Shown in pieces: positions 25,625 through 38,121 of a stretch of 64,000 nt of DNA. The notes beneath the pieces were generated by a model. It had not been told where the DNA came from. It searched no databases and saw nothing but the letters and a program-made list of their open reading frames with translations. How positions within the stretch are numbered: the first letter of the stretch is position 1; each line of letters opens with the position of its first letter. Position numbers and translations under genes: made by a program. Source of the DNA: Octopus vulgaris (lineage: Eukaryota); the NCBI GenBank assembly GCA_951406725.2, contig OX597814.1:52638001-52702000 (forward strand), in the 5' to 3' direction.

Positions 25625-26486
25625 GTAAGTAAACTACTTTTAATGCATTCACTCTTTTTAATAAGTGTAATAACATTCGCATATCCAAGCAACAGAGGTA
25701 AGATGTTTTTACATCATAGAAGCTTATTCTATTTTCGGCGTTGGTACCAAGCAGTCGAAATAAGTACCCGGTGAGCTGAAATCCCGTCTCTCTATCTTAT
25801 ACATATTTCACTTTACTTAAACTGCTAAGCTGATGCTTTGAAGAAGGTATGGACGACAGATGACCATTTTTATACATTTTTTAATAAATCAAGGCTGTCT
25901 CCAAGCTATAATAAATTATTGACATTATTACTAATAGGTTCCCGTAAGTTACTGACAAACCAAATCGCCACACGTTTTCGATTTTCAATTGCAGTTTCTT
26001 CAATATACTCACAATGAGCGTGTCATGAATGTCACCCAATCACACTTTCTCTAGGCTTATATAATCTATTCCTGTGGGCAAGTCCTAAAGAAGGCAATTT
26101 CAAGAGAAACGACCTGGTTTCGATTCCCTGTCAGAAACGTTTTAATTTTTCATTCTTTTTTATGTAGTTAGTGCTTTTGATAAAGGGCATAGACTTCCAA
26201 ACTTTTAATTTTCTCAATTTAAGAATTATTTATCATGCTTACGTAACAAACAGTTCAATTACTGATAACTGTCGTTAAGAAACTAAATCGATGATCATAT
26301 TTCGAATACCAGATATACATTTTTACGATTAAAGTTGTAATTTCCAGTGGTATATACATTAACGCCACACATTCTTATACATCTATCTTTATACGAAATA
26401 AAAATCCTAATATATATAACATATGTACATACATACACGCACACACACATAATATAATTTTGGGACTAAAATTGAAGTGTGGTATA

Positions 26487-26558
<72 letters not shown>

Positions 26559-26732
26559 AGTAATGGATAAGAATACGTCAAAAAGGCGCATAATGTAGAG
26601 ACAATTTGTGCTGAGAGCGAACCAGCTGGTAGTAAAATCCAACGGCAAATGATGGGAGACAGAATCCAGGTGGTTATTAATGGCATCAAAACATTTATAA
26701 AATAGTTATACAGAAATGAAAATACACATATA

Positions 26733-26769
<37 letters not shown>

Positions 26770-27368
26770 GCGCACACACATTCACACATGTATTTATGTA
26801 TATGTATAATATATACATGTGCACATATACATGCCCACACACATATGCATATATGTATGTATGTGCACATGTATGCGTGTGTGTGTGTGTTGTCTGTCCT
26901 CTCATGGAATTAATATGACTATCATTAGCAATTAGAAAATAAGCTAGCAAAATCTGTATGAAATTTAAGTCAAGAACAGTGTGTAGAACACCACATTTTC
27001 TCATTATTTAAGCCAGGGACCCTAAAATAAAGCTGAAAACCAATCTGGAATTTCAAAGTCCCTGCGGAGTGGGTAACCAAGTTGTTGAGGTTACACTGGG
27101 TTTATCCCTATTTTTGAGAAGTACTGGTTCTTTGTATTGTTGGGAATCTAGCAACCTTCTTCATCATATTTGAACCCAACAAGTGTGCTGACAATCCAGT
27201 CATACAAAAACTTGCTCTGTATTACTATATATAATATGTATGTATGTGTGTATGTATGCATTTATGTATGTATTTATGTCTGTATTTGAGTAAATATGTG
27301 TATATGAAGGTGAATATATATATATATATATACGTGTATGTGTATGTAGGTAGATGAGTATGTATGTA

Positions 27369-27416
<48 letters not shown>

Positions 27417-27509
27417 TAGGTATAATACATAACACTAGGGAATTTGAATGGGTTAACGGAACCTACATAACTGGACATTTCACAGACTGTTTTTTTTTCT
27501 GAAGATGGG

Positions 27510-27652
27510 CCTCGTTAACGGATTTGAAGTGTACTCATTCCGATCGCGGGGCCTCGACAGAGTCCCGCGTCGTTATTTTTCGTCACTACCTCCCCGTGCC
27601 GGGAGTGGGTAATTTGCGCGCCTGCTGCCTTCCTTGGATGTGGTAGCCGTTT
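27510..27652 (-). rRNA. Orphan 18S rRNA fragment (pseudogene), ~143 bp
   Basis: Reverse complement contains AAACGGCTACCACATCCAAGGAAGGCAGCAGGCGCGCAAATTACCCACTCCCGGCACGGGGAGGTAGTGACGAAAAATAAC, conserved eukaryotic SSU sequence. Flanks are not rDNA. Confidence 0.95.
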
Positions 27653-27961
27653 TATAAAACTTTCCGCATTGTCAGAAGCTTTTTATGTTCTCTCTTTTTA
27701 CCTTCTTATACACACACACACACACACATGTATACACATACATGTATATATATATATAAATATATATCTGTATGCAAGGCTGTCTCAGCAGCATTATAGT
27801 CCCACAGGCAAACCGATGTCTTGGGACCTATAGTATTTATATATATTTATTGACAACAAGGGACAGCATACATAGATTAGAATTGGACCCCTAGACTTGT
27901 GAGGTACCTTGGGCAAATACTTAGTGTCCTAATACCTTTAGATGGCACTATGTGCATACAG

Positions 27962-27994
<33 letters not shown>

Positions 27995-28604
27995 TGTATG
28001 TATGTATGTATGTATGTATGTATGTATGTATGTATGTATGTATGTATGTCATTATTCAGTTTCATTTCAAGATTTCTTGCCAATAATGTATTTACGAAAA
28101 AAAAAAAAAAAAAGAAACACACTGAAACATGATTAACATCTATTAAAGAAATCACTAGTAAATTTAAATTAATTAATCATTCAATAAGCAATTATTCAAA
28201 TGATTATTACCACATTTTATCAAGTAAACAAATAAAATAAAATAAAATCTACAGTATTGTCATATGATACCATCAGCACAATAATATGTTAAACAAGCTT
28301 AGAGGTTCATTACTAACATGTTGTGTGTGTATAAATGTGTGTGTGTGTGTGCATGCACATGCATTTGTGCATGTATAAGTTTCTCTGAAATAAATTATTA
28401 TGCATATGTATGTGTGTATGTATGTATGTATGCATGCATGTATGTATGTATGTCTATATATAGGTATGCATGTGTGTATAGATGTATGTATGTATGTATG
28501 TATGCATGTATGTATGTATATGCATATATGTGTGTGTGTGTATTTATACATATACATGTGTGTGTATATATATATGTATATATGTGTATCTATCTATCTA
28601 TCTA

Positions 28605-28660
<56 letters not shown>

Positions 28661-29647
28661 TATGTGTATATATAGACACTCTATACTCTTTGTAGACATT
28701 AGACCTGTGAATAGACCTCTAGCTTGCCAGCTCCTGTCAAACTGTTCTATTTGTGCAGGCACAGAAAGGGGACATTAAATGATGATGATGACGTGTGTGT
28801 GTAGATATATTAATTTGAGTGTGCCTGTTACATTTAATCTATGTATTAACATATGGCTTTAGCTGTAAAATTCTACCTCAGAGAAACTTCTTCAAAGCAC
28901 AGTCTCCTACAAGAAGTTTCTCTGACCCAAAGTATTGCAGCTAGAGTTGTTCTATGTTAGTACATACATTATAAATGTGATACATATCCTCTTGTTGATG
29001 TAATATTATTTCACGTGCAAATATTGATTTATGTATTATTAAATACATGCATATATGTATGCGTGGGTGTTTATAAGTGAGTGTGTGTATGTGTGTGTGT
29101 GTGTGTGTGTGCATATATGTATTTTTCCTGCCTGGTTCCCAAATGAATCTTCATCAACATTCCAAGTTGTAGACCCATCATCTGGAGGTGGGATGGTATG
29201 GATTTCCATACTGCCTCTTTTCAAGTGGGTGGCTTATGTTTATAAACACTTTCTCAGAATGTACCTAACTACTTACCTACCTACTTACTTGCCTACTTAC
29301 CTGCCTCCCTGCCTGCATGTCAGTCTGTCTGCTTGTCTGTCTATCTTTGTCTATCTCTCTCTATGTAGACAAATATATATATATATATACACACACACAC
29401 ATATATATATATAGAAATATGTATGTAGGTATGTATGTATATATGTATATGCATATATGCATATATACTGATGTTGGTTTGTTTACATCCTGTAACTTAG
29501 TAGTTCAGCAAAAGAGACCAATAGAATAATTAGCAGGTTTTGAAAAGAAAATATGGTACTGGAGTCAATCCATTCAATTAAAAGTCCTTCAAAGCCATGC
29601 CCCAGAATAGCCACTGTCAAATGACTGAAACAAGTGAGGAATAAAAG

Positions 29648-29686
<39 letters not shown>

Positions 29687-29788
29687 TCAATATAAAATAG
29701 TGTACATTTAAACACAAGAGAACTTTAACAGGCAATTTTACATGCTAGAAGAAGCAGTCAAAATGACCAAAACCACATTTAAGAACAA

Positions 29789-30153
29789 CTAGCAGTATCG
29801 CCCGGCGTTGCTCAGGTTTGTAAGGGAAATAACTATAAAGCATTTTTAGAGAGTTATAGCCAAAAAATGGAAAAAAATGATGGTAAATTTTTTTGAGAGT
29901 AAAAAAAGGTCGAGTTGCGTCCCCTAGACGGTTTGTGTTTCTGATTCTCGACCCCATGTCGAATTTATCGATTTTTTTCAGAACTGGGGGAACTTTTCAA
30001 AATTTTCGCTGCGTTAGTTTTGAATTATGACATTGGGCTATGTGTGTGTCAAGTTTCATCAGAATCGGTTGAAAGCCGTGGTCAGGGTGAGGGTACAAGC
30101 AAACAGACACACAGAAACACGCACAGACAAACTGCCGTTTATATAGAGAGAGA
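29789..30153 (-). mobile_element. Complete short non-autonomous Helitron
   Basis: On the minus strand: A|TCTCTCTCTATATAAA ... CCTGAGCAACGCCGGG hairpin ... CTAG|T. Confidence 0.85.
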
Positions 30154-30462
30154 TTTTGAAGGGAATGAAAAATAAAAACTTTTACCATGTTATTTTTTTT
30201 ACCGTTATACCTAGGTTTCGAATTTTTTTAGCAAATAAAATAATTTGCGAGGCAAAATTCTCATCAGTAACTGCGCCATAGCATTAACATATAATTTAGA
30301 GACAAATAACACATGTCTCATCATTATATGTTATAATTTTTCAAATTCACCACGCAAGCGCAGTTTCAGTCAGCAGTAAATGAAAAATGCCGAACTGATC
30401 TTCGAAATGCTTAAATCATATATGTAAAATATATAGGGTAGTGAATATTTTTAGAAATTTCA

Positions 30463-32205
30463 CTACAATGCTGTCAGTAAGGTAAGGGTTGGCAACGAGT
30501 GTAGTGAAGAATTCCGAGCCCTCTCTTATTCATTATAGTCCTCCAGGCAATAACAGAGGAATTTAAGACAGGCTGCCCCTGGAAGCTCCTCTATGCTGAT
30601 GACCTTGCTCTAATAGCTGAGTCACTGCCAGAACTGGAGACAAAGTTTTGGATGTGGAAGCAAGATCTAGAATTGAAGGGCCTTAGAGTCAGTCTAGCAA
30701 ATACCAAAGTCTTAGTGAGTAGGAAGGCTGTCAAATCACAACCCACTTCAGGTAGATGGCCCTGCTCGATCTGTAGAAAAGGCTTGGGTAGAAACTCCAT
30801 ATGATGTACCAGGTGTAAGCTATGGGCACATAAAAGGTGCAGCAATATCAAAGGAAGGTTAACTGGGAAAATAGTTTTTGTGTGTGGAAGATGCACTGGG
30901 GCAATAAACACTGAAGATGTACAGAAAACAGATTCCATCACATGCCAGGAGGAGAAGCTAGAAGTAGTTAATAGCCTCTGCTACCTAGGCAACTAAGTCT
31001 GTAGTGGGGGCAGTTGCTCTGAGAGTGTAGCGACTAGAGTAAGAATAGCCTGGGCAAAGTTCAGAGAGCTCCTACCTCTGCTGGCAACTAAGAATCTCTC
31101 ACTCAGAGTGAAAGGTAGACTGTATGATGCATGTATGCAAACTGCCATGCTACACAGCAGTGAAACATGGGCTATGAATGTTGAGGACATGCGTAGGCTT
31201 GAATGTGTAATGTCAGTGTGCATATACGACAGAGTGTAAGCACCCTGAGAGAAAAGTTGGGCTTAAAAAGCATCAAATGTGGTGTGCAAGAGAGGTGACT
31301 GCACTGGTATGGCCATGTGTTACATATGAATGAAGACAGCTGTGTGAGGAAGTGCCACTCCCTAACTGTGGAAGACGTAGACCCAGGAAGACCTGGGATG
31401 AGGTGGTGAAGCATGACCTTCGTACACTGGTCCTCACAGAGGCAATGGCAGGAGACTGGGACCTTTGGAGATATGCTGTAATTGAGAAGACCCAGCAGTT
31501 AAAGTGAGATTGCAGCCACACATGTCTGGCCTTGTTAAGAATACTCCTGTTGTGTCGGGCAATACATATGCTTGAGAAGACCTGTTGAGTCAAATAAAGC
31601 TAATATTGTAGCTGGGGCCAGTGCCCCTAACTGGCTCCCATGCTGGTGGCACATAAAAAGCGCCATCCAAACGTGGTTGATGCCAAGTCAGCCTGACTGG
31701 CTTCCGTGCCGGTGGCACGTAAAAAGCACCAACCAAAAGTGGCCAATGCCCGTACCCCTAGACTGGCTTGCGTGCCAGTGGCATGGAAAAAGTACCATCC
31801 GAATGTGGTCGATGCTAGGTCCACCTGACTGGCTCCTGTGCTGGTGGCATGTAAAAGGCACCATCCGAATGTGGTTGATGCCAAGCCTGCCTGTGCCAGT
31901 GGCATGTAAAAAGTACCAATGAATCATGACCGATGCCAGTACTCCCTGATTGGCTCCTGTGCCAACGGCACATAAAAAGCACATCTGAACGTGATTGTTG
32001 CCAGGCCCGCTGATTGGCTCCTGTGTCGGTAGCATGTAAAAAGCACCCACTACACTCTCAGAGTGGTTGGTGTTAAGCACATCCAGCTGTAGAAACATTG
32101 CCAGATCAGATTGGAGCCTGGTGCAGCCACTGGCTCTCCAGACCTCAGTCAAACCATCCAACCTATGCCAGCATGGGAAACGGTCGTCAAACGATGATGA
32201 TGATG
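30463..32205 (+). mobile_element. RTE-clade LINE, 5'-truncated
   Basis: GCPWKLLYADDLAL, Cys-rich WPCSICRK..C..C..W.H..C..C..C and SETW motifs, with stops. It has a tandem-repeat 3' UTR and a (GAT)n tail. Same family as 34303-37760. Confidence 0.92.
31629..32048 (+). repeat. ~66-bp tandem repeat (about 7 units) in RTE 3' UTR
   Basis: Units start at 31629, 31695, 31761 and 31827 (period 66), then ~31890, 31948 and 32012. Core is ctggctcctgtgccggtggcacgtaaaaagcacc. Confidence 0.9.
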
Positions 32206-32679
32206 CTGCTGATAAAATACATCAAGTACAGGGCATCACCAATAAGTGAAAATTACGTAGACACCTGAGTGATAAGTACCTGAGTGATGAATTACAAAAA
32301 AATACACAATAAGAACAGGACATCACCAATGAGTGAAAAATACATAAATGCATAATGAGAGACAAGTACGGGACAAAATACCAAAAAACAGTCTAACCCC
32401 TCCTCAGTTGTTGACTGTTAATTACTCCCTATTTGGAGCTTTCAATGACAAACAGGAAAACTTCATAAATCAGCATATCTAGAAATTTTAAAAATATAAA
32501 ATTTCTGGAGAATTAGAGCTTTGAACGAACAAACAATGACAGAGTGGACGTACAGTGTAAACAATTGATGAAGACAAACATTAAGGGTTGTTAGGCCAAT
32601 GGATAACACCTGGGAGAAATTTTGAAAGGATATAGAATAAATACAAGAGAAAAAGAGAGAGAAAAAATGTTTCTCAAAG

Positions 32680-32888
32680 GATCTTTCTCTTGCAAGTTAC
32701 TTGGTGGTCTTGCTGGTGTGGGTAACATGTAAAAAGCACTCAGTCCACTCTGGAAAATGGTTGGCATTAGGAAGGGCATCCAACCATAAAAAGTGTGCCA
32801 AAACAGTGGAGCTTGGTGCAGTTCTCTGGCTTGCTTGCTCATGTCAATCTACTCAACACATGCCAGCATGGAAAACAGACATTAAATG

Positions 32889-32890
<2 letters not shown>
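32680..32890 (+). mobile_element. Short element carrying the RTE 3' tail
   Basis: aaaaagcac...ggttggcattaggaagggcatcca...atgccagcatggaaaacagacattaaatgat. Similar copies lie at ~41820-42010 and ~43160-43395. Confidence 0.75.
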
Positions 32891-32938
<48 letters not shown>

Positions 32939-33271
32939 ATGACAATGTGTGTGTGTGTATCTATCTGTCAGTCTGTCTGTGTGAATCCCTAAAACTTGAG
33001 AACTACACAACCGATTTCTTACCGATGCCTTACTTAGGATCCATACAGTGTCATGGGTCAAAAAAAATTTTCAACTTCTTGCCTAATGTGAGCCCAGAGC
33101 AATCTCATATCTCTTACACTATTTCAGTCTTACGTGTCAAAAGTGAAACAATAACATCTATCTATTGTAATGTGAAATACTTTCAGTTTAATAGTTTCAC
33201 TATTAATACTGAAACTATTATTTCACATACATACATATATACATACAAACATACACATATGTGTGTGTGTG

Positions 33272-33431
33272 AAATTATAATTTAGGGTATCTAAGAGATA
33301 CCTCCTCACTGGTAATAGCAGTCAAAACTTCTCTCCTGGTGCTGTATGAACATTTAATGTGGTTTTAGAGTCAAGTTTTGGCTGCTATTTCCAGCGTGGA
33401 GGTATCTCTTAGATACCCTAAATTATAATTT
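33272..33431. repeat. 160-bp palindromic element (~60-bp arms)
   Basis: AAATTATAATTTAGGGTATCTAAGAGATACCTCC ... GGAGGTATCTCTTAGATACCCTAAATTATAATTT. Confidence 0.85.
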
Positions 33432-33537
33432 TAATAATAATTATTATCTTTGAAGGTTTTTATTCCCATGCTGGCCACTTGATAAGATCGATATTTAAAT
33501 TAACACTCTTATCATCCTTATTTATATAAATTACAAC

Positions 33538-33936
33538 AACAAAACATCCAGACAGTTAGATGATACAAAAAGGGACAAGAAAAACAAGGACAAGTCATTC
33601 ACTGCCGTAAGGCTTCACTTTCACACATGCCAGCTTAATTTAATTCGTCTTTAGTCGAAAGACACTTGTTGTTGATGTCCTCTTATTTGTATTTGTAAAA
33701 TCTAAGCTAAGAGCACTAGATTCCTTGGAAGAAAGCAAATGTGTACGAAAACAAGGACGGAAAAAAACAGAGAAATAGTACACAAATATAAATACAAATA
33801 ACAGGTGTCTTTCAACTAAAGACAAATTAAATTAAGCTGGCATGTGTGGAAGTGAAGCCTTACGGCAGGGAATGACTTGTCCTTGTTTTTTCTTGTCCCT
33901 TTTTGTATCATCTAACTGTCTGGATGTTTTGTTGTC
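33538..33936. repeat. Inverted repeat, ~135-bp arms (Penelope-like inverted terminal piece, tentative)
   Basis: 33538-33670 is the reverse complement of 33800-33936 with few mismatches. Confidence 0.8.
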
Positions 33937-34237
33937 ACCTGTTGCATTCTTGTCCCTTTTTTGTATTCTTTTTTATGTATGTACACTCTGGTCTATTATA
34001 TATATGTGTGTGTGTGTGTGTGTATACATCTGCACATATGTATATATATATAAATGTATAGGTGTAAATTATACATGTATATGTATGTACATGTATATAT
34101 ATTTATAAATATATGTATGCATATATATGTATGCATGTATATATGTGTATATATATATATGTACGTATAAATATATAGAGATGTATATGTAATTTGTACA
34201 CACATATATACACATATATACATGCACACATATATTT

Positions 34238-34272
<35 letters not shown>

Positions 34273-34302
34273 ATATATGCGTACATACATACATATACAT
34301 AT

Positions 34303-37300
34303 CATCATTGTTTAACATCCGCTTTCCATGCTGGCATTGGTTGAACGGTTTGACTGAGGACTAGCAAACCAGAAGGCTGCACCAGGCTCCAATCTGATCT
34401 GGAAAAGTTTCTACAGTTGGGTGCCCTTCCTAATGCCAACCACTCCGAGAGTGTAGTGGGTGCTTTTACATGCCATTAGCACAAGGGCCAGTTGGGTGCT
34501 TCTGGCAACAACCACGCTCAAAAGGTGTTTTTTATGTGCTACCTGCACTGGAGCCAGTCTGCTGACACTGGCAACAACCATGCTCGAATGTTGTTTTTTT
34601 CACGTGCCAGTTAGGTGATGCTGGCAATGATCATGTTCAAATGGTGATTTTTATGTGCCACCGGCATGAGAACCAATCAGTGGCCCTGGAAACAATCACA
34701 CTCAAATGGTGCTTTTGATGCTCCACTTGCATGAGTGCCAATCAGGCAGTACTGTCATTGGCCACATTAGCAATTTTGATTTTGATTTCATTTGTCTCAA
34801 CAGGTCTTCACAAGCAAAGTTTATTGTCCAATGAATGAGGGGTATGCATAAGTGGGCTGGTTACACCCACTGGCATAGGCCATGAGTTATGGTCTCACTT
34901 GGCTTGCCAGGTCTTCTCAAGCACAGCATATTTCCAAAGGTCTCGATCACTAGTCATTGCTTCGGTAAGGCCCAATGTTTGAAGGTCATGCTTCACCACC
35001 TCATCCCAGGTCTTCTTGGGTTTACCTCTTGCACAGGTTCCCTCAACTGCTAGGGTGTAACACTTTTTCACACAGCTGTCCTCATTCCTTCACAACACAT
35101 GATCATACCAGTGCAGTCGTCTCTCTTGCACACCACATCTGATGCTTCTTAAGTCCAACTTCTCTCTCAGGGTTCTTACACTCTGTCGTGTATGCACACT
35201 GACATTACACTTCCAACGGAGCATACTGGCTTCATTCCTTGCAAGCTTACGCATGTCCTCAGCAGTCACAGCCCATGTTTCACTGCCATGTAGCATGGTT
35301 GTTCATACATATGTGTTATACGGTCTACCTTTTACTCCGAGTGAGAGGCCCTTTGTCACCAGCAGAGGTAGGAGCTTTCTGAACTTTGCCCAGGCTATTC
35401 TTATTCTAGCAGCTACACTTTCAGAGCATCCACCCCTGCTACTGACTTGATCCTCTATGTAACGGAAGCTCTTAACTACTTGTAGTTTTTCTCCCTGGAA
35501 TGTGACAGAAGCTGTTCTCTGTACATTTTCAGTGTTTATAGCACCTGAGCATTTGCCACATACAAAAACTATCTTCCCAGTTAGCCTTCCTATGATATTT
35601 CTGCACCTCTTATGTGTCCATAGCTTACACCGGGTACATATTATGGAGTTTCTACCTATGCCCTTTCTACAGTTCGAGCAGGGCCACCTACCTGAAGGGA
35701 TTTGTGATTTGTCTGCCTTCCTACTTATTAAGACTTTGGTTTTAGCTAGGTTGACTCTAAGGCCCTTCAATTCTAATCCTTGCTTCCATACCTGAAACTT
35801 TTCCTCTAGGTCTGATAGTGACTCAGCAATTAGAGCAAGGTCATCAGCATAGAGGAGCTCCCAGGGGCATCCTATCTTGAATTCCTCCGTTATTGCCTGG
35901 AGGATTATGATAAATAAAAGGGGGCTGAGGACTGATCCTTGGTGGACCCCTACCCGGAATTCTTCACTGTACTTGTTGCCAACCCTCACCTTACTGACAG
36001 TATCCCTGTACATGGCTTGCACAGCTCTCACTAATCATTCATCTATCCCTAGTTTCCTCATTGACCTCCAGATAAGGGATCGGGGGACCCTGTCAAAGGC
36101 TTTCTCCATGTCAATGAAAGCCAGGTAAAGAGGTTTATCTTTGGCTAGGTATTTCTCTTGCAGCTGTCTTACCAGAAATATAGCATCAGTGATGCTTTTC
36201 CCTGGCACGAACCCAAACTGCATCTCATCTAGACTGACTCTCTCCCTAATTAGTTGGGCGATGACCCTCTCCATGACCTTCATTACCTGATCCAACAACT
36301 TTATACCTTTGTAATTATTTGTATCTAAAGTGTCACCTTTACCCTTGTAGCAGTTGACTATTATACTGCTACACCAGTCATTGTGTATGACTCCTTCGTC
36401 TATCACCTGGTTAACTATACAGGTGACTAGGCTATAGCCTACACCGCCAGATATTTTGAGCATCTCTGCAGTGGCTTCTGATAGGCCAGGGGATTTCCCT
36501 GTCTTCCTACCCTTAATTGCTTTGTCTACCAAAGTACAGTCAATTTGGATAGCTGGTCCCTCTGTTGGGTCAGCATTCAGCAGACTCTCTTTCTTCCATT
36601 CACTCTCTTGATTTAGCAACCTTTCATAGTGGTGTCTCCAAAACTCTCTCTTTGCAGCCGCGTTTAATGCAAGTGAACTATCATCCATGCAGACACATTT
36701 CTCTCCTACGACATCATGATTCTCTCTCACACACTGTCTTGCAACACGAAATACCTCAAGTCTTTGGTCCTCATGGCACAGAACATTGGCAAATTTTTTC
36801 TTATCTGCTTCCCCTCTGGCAGTCTGGTACCATTCCCTGCTACCACCGTTCTTCCAGTCCTTCCAAGCCTGTTTCTTTTCTCTAATGGCCCTGTCAACAA
36901 CATTGTTCCAACGCCAAGTTACTTTGCGTTGAGAGGGGACTTTGCATCATTCCCAGATCTGGTCAGTGGCCCTCAGTAGGTTGTCCCATAGAAACTTCCA
37001 GTTGTCTTCCACATCATGTGATGCTATATCTCCCTCTATTTTGTCAAAAGCTTTGAGTAATACGTCTCTAAATCTCTGTCCATTTGCAGGATCTTTAAAC
37101 TTCCAGACCCTTCTCCTTCATGCTGGTCGTCTTCTGGGCATCCATTTAGCCCTGATCCTGAAGTCACTAACTACTAGTCTATGTTGTAGAGTACATTCTT
37201 CACCTGGGAAGGTTTTGGCACTTATAAGCTGCCATCTTTCCCTTTTTCTGGTGGGGATGTAGTCAATTTGGCTAGCATGTCTACCAGATTGGGAGGTAAC

Positions 37301-37757
37301 TAGGTGACTGGTAGGTTTCTTGAAGTTAGTATTGCAAACCATAAGATCATTTGCATCACAGAACTTCAGCAGCCTGGTTCCCTCCTCATTGCAGGAATCA
37401 AAACCATAGCCTCCATGTACGCCATGTTGTCCAACATGTCCATTGAAGTCGCCATCCACAAAGAGAAGGTCCCTGTCATTTGTCAACGTGGTAGTCTGCA
37501 AGAGGGTATTATAAAATCAGTCTTTCTATCCATCATGTAGCTCCGACTGAGGGGCATAGCCTGAGATATTGATTGCTAACCCATGATGTAACACTAATCT
37601 AATCCTAAGTATTCTATCGCAGACTCTGACTACCTCGATTCCCTTATTGACCCATTTCTCCGCAAGAAGTATACCCACACCCCGACCCCGTCAATGTTCC
37701 CTGCCCAGAAAATTTTGTACCTATGTTCTTTGCCTGTGAGGAACCTAGCGGAACTTC

Positions 37758-37760
<3 letters not shown>
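34303..37760 (-). mobile_element. RTE-clade LINE, near-complete ORF (APE + RT + Cys-rich finger), disrupted
   Basis: APE motifs GDFNGHVG and SQIDY; RT motifs QFGFVPGKS, FIDMEKAFDRV, GVHQGSVLSPLLF and LLYADD; C-terminal HGSETW and RRLHWY. Several stops and frameshifts. Confidence 0.96.
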
Positions 37761-37788
<28 letters not shown>

Positions 37789-37789
37789 C

Positions 37790-38050
37790 TCGCAGCAAGT
37801 ATAGATGGCTGGACACGTCGCCCGGCTCACCGATAATCGGTGGACGCATGCAGTTGTCGAGTGGTACCCGCATGAGCGGAAAAGACCACCTGGAAGACCT
37901 CCACGACGGTGGAGTGACGATTTCAAGAGGACGATTGGGATCACGTGGATGAGAAAGGCGTGATCCAGAGAGGAGTGGACAGCGTGCTGTGACCAGCAGT
38001 GTCAAATGGACACCTGACGGACTGGTCGGTCAAAGTGATCAAAGTGAAGT
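37790..38050 (+). mobile_element. 3' end of a second RTE-type LINE family
   Basis: With one frameshift it translates as (W)AGHVARLTDNRWTHAVVEWYPHERKRPPGRPPRRWSDD. The tail is a short AAGTGA repeat. Confidence 0.8.
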
Positions 38051-38121
38051 GATATATATATATATATGTATATATATGTGTGTGTATGTGTGTGTGTGTG
38101 TGTATGTATGTATATATATAT

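Noticed and set aside
26058-26170. Nearby phase-1 acceptor as USP exon 2
   Set aside because: The translation (CLYNLFLWASPK...) lacks the USP beta2 xLxH motif and ends in a stop without a good donor.
31629-32048. CRISPR-like regular repeat-spacer appearance
   Set aside because: The supposed spacers are homologous to each other, the array sits in a LINE 3' UTR, the DNA is eukaryotic and there are no cas genes.
33281-33368. Candidate USP exon 2 (ag|GG TAT CTA AGA, W-Y-L-R)
   Set aside because: It lies in a palindromic repeat, has no polypyrimidine tract, lacks USP similarity downstream and runs into a stop.
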